Shown here piece after piece: positions 39,975 to 46,933 of a DNA stretch of 64,000 nt. The translations under genes and the position numbers were made by a program. This DNA comes from Bacillales bacterium UBA4951 (GTDB lineage Bacteria > Bacillota_I > Bacilli_A > RFN20 > CAG-826). The notes below the pieces were generated by a model. That model worked only from the letters and a program-made list of their open reading frames with translations, had not been told where the DNA came from and did no database searches. Position 1 is the first letter of the stretch; each line of letters opens with the position of its first letter. The stretch is from NCBI GenBank assembly GCA_002397465.1, contig DHAP01000001.1, positions 8,449 to 72,448 of the forward strand. The letters run 5' to 3'.

Positions 39975-40955
39975 ATGCCAAACGCTTTGGTGCATTATAC
40001 CTTCGCTAAGGAGAATGTCCTTGATCCATCCTCCTCTTTTCTTGATGCGACCTACGTCGGAGCCCAAGGGCCCGATCCTTTCTTTTTCTATGGCGTCCTG
40101 CCTTTAAGGAACCGTCCCCATAAAAAAGAGACGCAGTCTTTAGGCGGCGTCACTCAGCACATGGAAATGCCGATACCATACGCCGCGATGATCGAATATG
40201 CCAAGAAGAGCCCTGACAAAGACATTTTGTTCTCGTATATCGACGGTTTGTTCATGCATTATTCCGTCGATCGTTGCTGCCACCCATACATCTTCTACAA
40301 TACGGGTTTCACCGATAGGCCAACCGACAGCAAACAAGTCCAGGACTACTACAACTTCAGCCATATGTCTTTGGAAGTCATCCTCGACGTCATTATCTCA
40401 AAACGGGAAGGGACTTTTCAGCCGATTGCCAACGTCATCAAGATCGATAAAAAAGAGCTGAAGGCCATCTCCAAAATGTGGTATATGGTCAACAAGGACG
40501 TCCAAAAAGTCAATTTCATCAACGAAAAGAGCTTTTACCGTTCTTTAATTGACTATCAGGGGACTGAAGTCATCGCCCATGATCCTTTAGGCCTCAAGAA
40601 GCCTTTGTTCAAAGCGATATTCGGACGTTACTCCTTTCCTTATGGCCTCGTGATGCCGAGGAACCTAAAACGGTTCGATGGCATTGATTTCCTCAATGAG
40701 GCTCATAAAGAATGGCTGATGCCGGCCGGAGAAAAGAAAAAAGAAAGCTTCGATGACCTCTTGTCAGAAGCCAAGACCATCTACGAAATCCTGCATCATT
40801 TATTGAAAGAGGCTTATGAGGGCAAGGAATATCAAAACGAGCTTAACGTCATCGCCTCTCACATCAACCATGAAGGCATCGTCGAAGGCTCGCCTAAAAT
40901 CTATTGGAAGCTGATCTGGCCGGAATCATACATCAAAGACATCATCGAACATTGA
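39975..40955 (+). CDS. zinc-dependent phospholipase C family (PF00882-like) protein, paralog of 12792..13739
   Basis: 326 aa; VHYTFA...GAQGPDPFFFYG and LFMHYSVDRCCHPY match the paralog's putative Zn-binding core; no signal peptide. Confidence 0.6.
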   Translation: MPNALVHYTFAKENVLDPSSSFLDATYVGAQGPDPFFFYGVLPLRNRPHKKETQSLGGVTQHMEMPIPYAAMIEYAKKSPDKDILFSYIDGLFMHYSVDRCCHPYIFYNTGFTDRPTDSKQVQDYYNFSHMSLEVILDVIISKREGTFQPIANVIKIDKKELKAISKMWYMVNKDVQKVNFINEKSFYRSLIDYQGTEVIAHDPLGLKKPLFKAIFGRYSFPYGLVMPRNLKRFDGIDFLNEAHKEWLMPAGEKKKESFDDLLSEAKTIYEILHHLLKEAYEGKEYQNELNVIASHINHEGIVEGSPKIYWKLIWPESYIKDIIEH

Positions 40956-42006
40956 GTCTGATGATGTCTTTTATTTCTTTTTCTTTGGCTTTGATGTCCC
41001 TAAACAAAGCGAACTGACATTCGGCCCTTTTGAGGTTATGCTCCGGATAGTCAGTCTTGAAATAGACGTCACCTTCTAGATAGTCCACGAGGAAGCGGAT
41101 GGCTAACTCATAGCTCATTTTTTCAATGCCGTAAGCCATATATTCGATCTCGTCGTCTTCTAAAGCGCCACGCATCTTGGGAAAATAGCCTTTGGAAAGA
41201 CTGGTGAAGCCGTCGAGGGAAAAACCCACTTTTGAAAGATCGTTTTCGTCTTCGTTGGTTAATGAGCACGATGAACGGGCCGCATCTGCGAAATCATCAT
41301 CGTAATAGCCCTTCATCAAGGTGTCGAAATCCACCAAGCAGATAGCCTTATCGTTCTTCTTGGAAAAGAGCAGGTTTGATATCTTCAAGTCGTTATGGGC
41401 CACACGCCTGGCTGAAAATGGATAGGCTTTGGCATAGGAAGCTTCCATAAGAATCTCATCGATGAAGCGCAGGGCTTTTCCTTTACGGCCCACCGCATCT
41501 TTTTCCACTGATGAAACAAGCTGAGAAAGCCTCCACTCGGTATCGTGAAAATGTGGGATCGTCTCATGAAGGACACTGGCGTCAAACCCTTCTAAGGCTA
41601 TCTCGAATCCCGCCAAGGCTTTGCCGAGTTCCTCATGATGCTTTTCAGAAGATGGGACTAAGAGGCTATAGCTGTCTTCGATATATTCAAAAGCCCTATA
41701 GAATACCCCGTCCTTCCATAGATAAGGAACGCCAGAGACGCTAAAGACGGGAGTCAAAACCCGGCCTGAGGAATGGAGCTTAAGATAAGAAGATACGGAA
41801 ACGATGTTCTCCATGACCTCAACTGGTTTTTTAAAGACTGACAAATTGACTTTTTGAAGGATGTATCTTTTCTCGCCATAGTCCAAAAGATAAGTGTCGT
41901 TGATATGCCCTTGGTCCAGCTGGCTGACGTTATTTAGGCAGCCGTCAAAAGGGAAAGATGAGGCAATGCCCTTTATTTCTATTTCCTTTGCCGCTATTTC
42001 ATCCAT
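40942..42006 (-). CDS. phosphotransferase (APH/ChoK-like kinase) family protein; possible sugar 1-kinase
   Basis: 354 aa; Brenner motif HNDLKISNLLF; DFD Mg-binding motif (VDFDTL). The resemblance to N-acetylhexosamine 1-kinase is inference from context. Confidence 0.6.
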   Translation of the reverse strand: MDEIAAKEIEIKGIASSFPFDGCLNNVSQLDQGHINDTYLLDYGEKRYILQKVNLSVFKKPVEVMENIVSVSSYLKLHSSGRVLTPVFSVSGVPYLWKDGVFYRAFEYIEDSYSLLVPSSEKHHEELGKALAGFEIALEGFDASVLHETIPHFHDTEWRLSQLVSSVEKDAVGRKGKALRFIDEILMEASYAKAYPFSARRVAHNDLKISNLLFSKKNDKAICLVDFDTLMKGYYDDDFADAARSSCSLTNEDENDLSKVGFSLDGFTSLSKGYFPKMRGALEDDEIEYMAYGIEKMSYELAIRFLVDYLEGDVYFKTDYPEHNLKRAECQFALFRDIKAKEKEIKDIIRLNVR

Positions 42007-42082
42007 TGCTTTGTATTGTAACTCATGGCATTAGGCGTATATGAGAGAAATCTCCTATTTCATTCATGTAGCAAAGAACATA

Positions 42083-42152
42083 AAGCCCTGTACAAGTCAC
42101 GTACAGGGCTTACACTTGGATATTCTGGCGGAGCAGTCGGTCGCTTATCCGA
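42083..42152. repeat. direct repeat copy 1: terminator-like hairpin plus tRNA-like 3' end (att-like remnant)
   Basis: aagccctgtac-aagtcac-gtacagggctt hairpin then tggcggag. About 82% identical over about 51 nt to 46364..46411 (hairpin plus the true tRNA-Ser 3' end), followed by a 32-mer identical to 45496..45527. Confidence 0.65.
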
Positions 42153-42159
42153 ACTAATC

Positions 42160-43221
42160 CTAGTGAAAGATTCGATGGATAAAGTACTTTTCCTGAAAAG
42201 CGACCTGTTTTTCGATTTCCTGGTCGCTGATCTCAGCTTTCCTCGGGGCGACGATGAGTTTATCTTCGACATCGTCATCTCGTTCCAGTATGGCTATAAC
42301 AATCCCATCGAATTCTTTTAGGGGTTCGCCGATTCCGAGAATGTAAGCGTCTTGCTTTTCTCCGTCTGGGGCATTGAAGGATTCGATGTAGCCGTAATTG
42401 ACAGGATAGATCATTATCGGATCCTGAGGATGATGACTGCCGAGCGGGCGGTCCACCACCACGTGAACCTCTTTCCCCAAAAGAGGATGGGTTTGACGCC
42501 GATAAGCCCCTTTTTCATAAGTGGATAAGCACGGCTTTTGCGTGCCTCCAAGACCTTTGATTTCTTGCTGGAGGGCCGGTATCCAAAACTTCTGCTGGGC
42601 AGACGTAATCTTGTAACAATCCCCGAAGAGTTCTTCTTTGCCAGCCAACCATATCGGGCCTTTTTCCGTCAAATCGCCATTGTGGCGCGGAATCAGATGG
42701 ACGTGAAGATGGGGATCGCCATTCCCCAAAATCTCGATATTCATCTTGTCGGATTTGAAAACACGGGAGACCGCCTCCTCGACCAAGGCCATCTCGCAGA
42801 GGAACTTCCGCTCGGTGAACCGGGGGAGTTCATGCAATTCGTGAACATGCGTTTTCGAAACGAAATAGGTGTAACCAGGAAAACGCTGGTTATCGCCCAA
42901 GCAGACGATGCCGGTGGATAGTTCAATAACGAAATTGGGATTCGTCCCGCTTAGGGCGTCAGAGACGCGCTGGCAAATGGGACAATCGTTTTCAAAAGCA
43001 GGCGTTGAAGAAGCTAAGGGTAACAGCAAATCCAAGGCCTCAGGGCCGACCTTATCAATAAGAATGGCGGCTTTATCGAAACTTAACTCTGCCGCTCCTT
43101 CCTCAAGTTTATTGACGCTCGAGCGAGAAGCGTATCCCAAGAGCTTGGCAAAGGCCTCTTGGCTCATCCCCTTGCTAAGGCGGATCTCGCGAATCCGCTG
43201 GCCGATTTCTTTCTTAGTCAT
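42160..43221 (-). CDS. three-domain fusion: XRE-HTH / HIT-family hydrolase / inorganic-pyrophosphatase-like domain
   Basis: N-terminal HTH (IGQRIREIRLSKGMSQEAFAKLLGYASRSSVNKLE); central HIT motif CPICQ...HLHVHLIPR; C-terminal VDRPLG...YPVNYGYIE...DGEKQDAYILG...KLIVAP mirrors family-I PPase YPxNYGFIP/DGDPLDVLV/KL.AVP. Confidence 0.6.
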   Translation of the reverse strand: MTKKEIGQRIREIRLSKGMSQEAFAKLLGYASRSSVNKLEEGAAELSFDKAAILIDKVGPEALDLLLPLASSTPAFENDCPICQRVSDALSGTNPNFVIELSTGIVCLGDNQRFPGYTYFVSKTHVHELHELPRFTERKFLCEMALVEEAVSRVFKSDKMNIEILGNGDPHLHVHLIPRHNGDLTEKGPIWLAGKEELFGDCYKITSAQQKFWIPALQQEIKGLGGTQKPCLSTYEKGAYRRQTHPLLGKEVHVVVDRPLGSHHPQDPIMIYPVNYGYIESFNAPDGEKQDAYILGIGEPLKEFDGIVIAILERDDDVEDKLIVAPRKAEISDQEIEKQVAFQEKYFIHRIFH

Positions 43222-44082
43222 GAAAGAAAGCCTCGACTGTTTGTATCACGGTCTTTTTTACAAAATCATCATCTAAAAGAGAAATCTCCGCCATCTTATT
43301 CCCCAAGTAATTCAAGGATGAGCCGATCCGGTAAACCCGCTCAGCGTCAAGAATCAAATACCGATCATGGAACAAGGAGGAGTTTATCCGACAAAGCGGC
43401 CCGTATTCCTTTTCAAATAGGCCGATGTCGGCCTCCGTCAGCTTTCCCGAAGAGGAGGAAACGATTTGGAGGAGAACGTTCCCCTTCTTTTTGGCTAGGA
43501 CATTGAGTGCCTTGGAGTCGCAATAAGGGTCAACGAGGCAAATTGATTTGTCAGCTGATGCCACCAGATCGGTCAAAAACGAGAAAGCATCGTAAAACTG
43601 ACCGAAAAAAACAGCTTGTCATCAGGGATTTTTGCCTTCTCAATCGAAGCCACTCTTTTCTTGAGTGCTTCCACTTCTTCCTTGACGGAACAATGCTCTC
43701 CCGAGCACAGGTCATCGACTCTTTTACCGTTGATGGCGTAGCCTTTAATCAAATAGTCCTTTAAAACCGAATTGGCCCATCGGCGGAACTCAATGCCTCG
43801 CTTGCCGTTAACCCGATATCCGACCGCGAGTATCACGTCGAGATTGTAGAACTTGGGAGGGCGATTGGAGGGGGTTCCGTGCAAAAAATGCACCGAAGTA
43901 CTTTCCTCGAGTTCCTTGTCCGAAAAAATCTTGGCAATATGACGAGAAATAACAGGCCGGCTCTTGCCAAACAAAACCGCGATTTGGTCTTGGGTGAGCC
44001 AAACCGTTTCCTCCTCGGGAGAAACCGTAACATCCAAAGAAAGGCTGCTATCAGTAAAACGGACGATTTCGTATTTTTCCAT
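43214..44082 (-). pseudogene. RhuM-family (PF13310) protein gene disrupted by a frameshift at a T7/A7 homopolymer
   Basis: The N-terminal ORF 43573..44082 (MEKYEIVRFTDSSLSLDVTVSPEEETVWLTQDQIAVLFGKSRPVISRHIAKIF) is RhuM-like. The reading frame continues in another frame (..FFGQFYDAFSFLTDLVASADKS.., listed as 43214..43576) across ctgtttttttcgg around 43600-43615. Confidence 0.6.
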
Positions 44083-44158
44083 AAGCCTATTTTACTGTAA
44101 TGTTTCTATTTTATCTACATTTTAATCATCTTAATTATGCGAGGTAAAGGCTTCCATA

Positions 44159-44221
44159 CAAAAATTGCATAGAAGGTAAATTGGTAAGTAAATTCCGGAA
44201 TATTTAGTTCCTTTCCCAGTC
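44159..44221. repeat. about 63-bp repeat copy A (decayed RhuM 5' fragment)
   Basis: About 83% identical to 46277..46339; the minus strand encodes ..PSMQFL.., resembling SVHFLHG of the RhuM CDS. Confidence 0.55.
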
Positions 44222-44269
44222 TTTCATAGTGTCCCCCTCCATTTTTTCGCATAGGACCCCGTCGGGGCT

Positions 44270-45043
44270 TCTCTAAATTTTCATGGCCATTTCCAACACC
44301 AATTCGAAGATGTCGTGATGGCGGTATTTGTCTTTGCCGCTTCCCATCGTGGCCCTGTCCCATTCGAGGGAGTCGAGTTGGTCGGCCCCGAAGAAGAACT
44401 CGTAGAAACCGAAGCCGTAGTAATCGGAAACGGCTTGCATCCCTGCGCATTCCATGTCGACGGCGATGCAGCCTTCCTTCTTGCGCTTCTGTATTTCCGA
44501 TTCCGTCTCTTTGAAGAACGCATCCGTCGTCCAGCACTTCCCCGAAAAATAAGGGATGCCGTTGTCTTTGAGAAACGCCTCGATGAAGGCGTGGTTCCTA
44601 ATCTCGATGTAGTCGGCGGCCGGGACGTAGTGATAGGAAAAGCCCTTCGTCGCGGTAGGCGGACGTCGGCACCATGAAGTTGAGGGGCGGAATGGCCTTG
44701 TCGGGCCGGCCGGCGCTCCCGAACGCGATGAACTTCTTGGCCCCCACGTGATGGGCGACCTCGATCAGGAATGTGCCCGCGAGGGCGCTCCCCATCGGCG
44801 AATCTAGAAACAGATTTTCTTGCCTTTGTAGGTCAAGGCGTAGATCGGCGTGTGGCCGTTCGTGGAGGCAAGGTCCGCCACGACTTCGGGATGGTGTTCC
44901 TCGAGGATCATCGCGGTCAGCCTCCAGGAGAAGGCCATGATGCAAATATCACAAAATTGCCTTCCGGGGCCGAAAACGCTTTCTGGCGACATTTTGCCGT
45001 CTTCTTTGCGGTACGAATCAGTAATCATGGGGTGAGCCTCCAA
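44270..45043 (-). pseudogene. nucleoside phosphorylase (PNP_UDP_1 family) gene with two homopolymer frameshifts; GC-rich
   Basis: Three minus-strand ORF pieces join into one about 255-aa protein (MITDSYRKEDG...YKGKKICF | LDSPMGSALAGTFLIEVAHHVGAKKFIAFGSAG...TSAYRDEGL | SYHYVPAADYIEIRNHAFIEAF...GCIAVDMECAGMQAV...). This requires a +1 T at tgttt(t)cta and a -1 T at cttt(t)cc. VDME is the phosphorylase active-site motif. Confidence 0.6.
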
Positions 45044-45495
45044 TTAGCGTGGATCTGAATCTCGCTGGCTTATTTTAGCGATTCTAGAACAGGACTTTGA
45101 GAAAAAAGATCTCCTAAGCACCCGTCAAGCGTCTGATTGCCTCGTTTTCTCGATGCTATCCCCCCTTGGGATTCGCGTTGTTAACTGAGAGACAAGGGCA
45201 AGCCTAAAAAGTTCATATCGGTTCGACAGATACTAATTTTTCTTTAGTTGACTGACTGTTGGCTGAGGATTATGCCGTTTCACGGGAGAATCCCGAATCC
45301 GACTAAGGGAGCAAAACTACTACCGGTATTTCCCAAAAAGCCGACCAAAATTAGTCGATTTCTCTCCTTAGTTCTTCCCCAACGAAAAAACCGCCCGAAG
45401 GCGGTTCTCTATTTCCGTTTTGCGTCTGACAACGCTTTGAAGCGGACGACGAACCCTGTGCGTGTTGCCCACAAAGTTCGGATAACTATTGATTG

Positions 45496-45527
45496 GCGGA
45501 GCAGTCGGTCGCTTATCCGAACTAACG
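45496..45527. repeat. direct repeat copy 2 of the tRNA-like 3' end (32-mer identical to 42121..42152)
   Basis: tggcggagcagtcggtcgcttatccgaactaa is identical at both sites; the first 8 nt equal the tRNA-Ser 3' end complement. Confidence 0.65.
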
Positions 45528-45545
45528 GAAGACAAAATGGCGACT

Positions 45546-45812
45546 CTACCTCTCGTAATGTGTCCACATCGCCCGGACCTCGACGATCTTCTCCTCCAAA
45601 TCGACTTTATAGACCAAGCGGTGCTGGAGATTGATCCGACGGGAATAATAATAGCCTTTTAAGTCCCCGACGAGTTTTTCGTAAGAGGGGGGATTCTGAA
45701 AAGGATCCTCTCGGAGGATATCCAAGAGTTTCTTGGCTTTCTCCTCCAGGCCGGCCTGCTTGAGGAGTTTCTTGTCCTTCTCGGCGTTTTCGGAGAAGCG
45801 GACGTCCCACAT
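45546..45812 (-). CDS. yoeB: type II toxin, YoeB/Txe family
   Basis: 88 aa; MWDVRFSENAEKDKKLL...LKGYYYSRRINLQHRLVYKVDLEEKIVEVRAMWTHYE matches the YoeB fold. Confidence 0.8.
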   Translation of the reverse strand: MWDVRFSENAEKDKKLLKQAGLEEKAKKLLDILREDPFQNPPSYEKLVGDLKGYYYSRRINLQHRLVYKVDLEEKIVEVRAMWTHYER

Positions 45813-46064
45813 CTACCAAGCCTCTTTCGGGTCGTAATGGGCCATCTTCTTCGGATCTTCCTTGTCGCCCTCTTTGATCTTCTTCACCAAACCCGGCTGC
45901 GACGAAAGATAAATCGTCTCCATCATGGCGTTGTAGTCCTCCTCCGAAAGGATGACGGCGTTGCCCTTTTTCGTGGTGACAGTGACGGATTCGTTATACT
46001 CCACGACGTTGTCCAGGGTGTCGAAGAGCGAGCGGCGGAGCGCGGTTGCGTTGGTGGTTAACAT
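45813..46064 (-). CDS. yefM: type II antitoxin, YefM/Phd family
   Basis: 83 aa; stop abuts the yoeB start; Phd/YefM-like N-terminus (LTTNATALRRSLFDTLDNVVEYNESVTVT). Confidence 0.75.
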   Translation of the reverse strand: MLTTNATALRRSLFDTLDNVVEYNESVTVTTKKGNAVILSEEDYNAMMETIYLSSQPGLVKKIKEGDKEDPKKMAHYDPKEAW

Positions 46065-46100
46065 GGTTTTATCCTCCTGCGACTATAGTCTAGCATTATT

Positions 46101-46120
46101 ATGTACATTTTAAAGTACAT
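46101..46120. promoter_or_regulatory. probable YefM-YoeB operator palindrome
   Basis: atGTACattttaaaGTACat, two GTAC cores 11 bp apart, overlapping the predicted -35/-10 of yefM (RBS AGGAGG and start 37 nt downstream). E. coli yefM operators carry TGTACA repeats. Confidence 0.45.
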
Positions 46121-46276
46121 ATTACGCTTAAACGTATTTTTGTTTGAGCACGCGAAAATGCCACTTAACGAGACATTTTTTGAAGTTATTCCCTGCTTTG
46201 TCCTCTAAAATCTTATTTTCGGAAAAGATTGAATAATTTCTTTCCCAGCGCATTTCTGATCAAAAAGTCTTCCGTG

Positions 46277-46339
46277 CAAAAAATGCATAGAAGGTAAAAT
46301 GGCGAGGAAAATTCGGATGTTTTAGTTCCTTTTCCAGTC
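46277..46339. repeat. about 63-bp repeat copy B (decayed RhuM 5' fragment)
   Basis: About 83% identical to 44159..44221. The preceding tccgtgcaaaaaatgca (46271-46287) is identical to 43867-43883 inside the RhuM CDS; the minus strand encodes ..IRIFLAILPSMHFLHG. Confidence 0.55.
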
Positions 46340-46363
46340 GAGAAGCCTTATTTTAACAACAAG

Positions 46364-46403
46364 CCCCGTACGCGTTGCGTACAGGGCTTGCACTTGAATA
46401 GCC
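46364..46403 (-). terminator. hairpin immediately 3' of tRNA-Ser (copy of the 42083 hairpin)
   Basis: agccccgtac-gcgttgc-gtacagggctt. Confidence 0.5.
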
Positions 46404-46494
46404 TGGCGGAGGTGTAGAGATTCGAACTCTAGCTGGGGCAGGCCCCACTGACGGTTTTCAAGACCGTTCCCTTAAACCGCTTGGGTACACCTCC
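46404..46494 (-). tRNA. tRNA-Ser (UGA)
   Basis: 91 nt; long variable arm; anticodon loop CUUGAAA; acceptor GGAGGTG/CACCTCC; encoded CCA. Confidence 0.8.
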
Positions 46495-46500
46495 GTATTT

Positions 46501-46576
46501 TGGTGGTCCATGGTGGGTTTGAACCACCGACCTAGCGATTATAAGTCGCTCGCTCTGACCACTGCGCTAATGGACC
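46501..46576 (-). tRNA. tRNA-Ile (UAU) - genomic UAU anticodon
   Basis: Acceptor GGTCCAT/ATGGACC; anticodon stem-loop AGCGA-CUUAUAA-UCGCU, nearly identical to the tRNA-Ile2(CAU) stem-loop GCGA-CUCAUAA-UCGC but with U34; T-loop TTCAAAC; CCA. Confidence 0.65.
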
Positions 46577-46681
46577 AAGTCACAATGCGGCTCGACTATT
46601 ATAGCTAAGTGCCCATCTCCTAACAATCCAAAATGAAGTTAAGACATAAAAAGGATGCCTAGGGCATCCAATTTTACTAAA

Positions 46682-46758
46682 TGGTGGCTGAGGGGGGACT
46701 CGAACCCTCGACATGCCGGGTATGAGCCGGCTGCTCTAACCAACTGGGCTACTCAGCC
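46682..46758 (-). tRNA. tRNA-Met (CAU), elongator type
   Basis: Acceptor GGCTGAG/CTCAGCC with paired 1:72; anticodon loop CUCAUAC; CCA. Confidence 0.7.
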
Positions 46759-46774
46759 ATTTATTAGCTATGTT

Positions 46775-46850
46775 TGGTGGAGCGTAAGAGGCTCGAACTC
46801 TCGACCTCATGCTTGCAAAGCACGTGCTCTCCCAACTGAGCTAACGCCCC
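46775..46850 (-). tRNA. tRNA-Ala (UGC)
   Basis: GGGGCGT/ACGCTCC acceptor with G3:U70; anticodon loop UUUGCAA; CCA. Confidence 0.85.
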
Positions 46851-46933
46851 AACTTGTGGACTGCCCTTTAAGGCAGCGGGATTATTATACCCATCGGGCT
46901 TTTTCTTCTCAACTAGGAAAGTGAGTATTCATC

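Larger units (their letters stand above)
42083..46411. mobile_element. decayed integrative element remnant(s) inserted at the 3' end of tRNA-Ser
   Basis: Bounded by hairpin plus tRNA-3'-end direct repeats (42083-42152 and 46364-46411), with an extra internal 32-mer copy at 45496. Contents: HTH-fusion repressor-like gene, RhuM pseudogene, GC-rich phosphorylase pseudogene, YefM-YoeB addiction module and RhuM-fragment repeats. No integrase remains. Confidence 0.45.

Noticed and set aside
45248-45634. 128-aa plus-strand ORF in the yoeB/phosphorylase gap
   Set aside because: Extremely R/P/S-rich with no motif; overlaps a terminator hairpin and the 32-mer repeat; more likely non-coding (see sRNA candidate).
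46655-46924. 89-aa plus-strand ORF
   Set aside because: Spans tRNA-Met and tRNA-Ala on the opposite strand; low-complexity W/R-rich translation; spurious.
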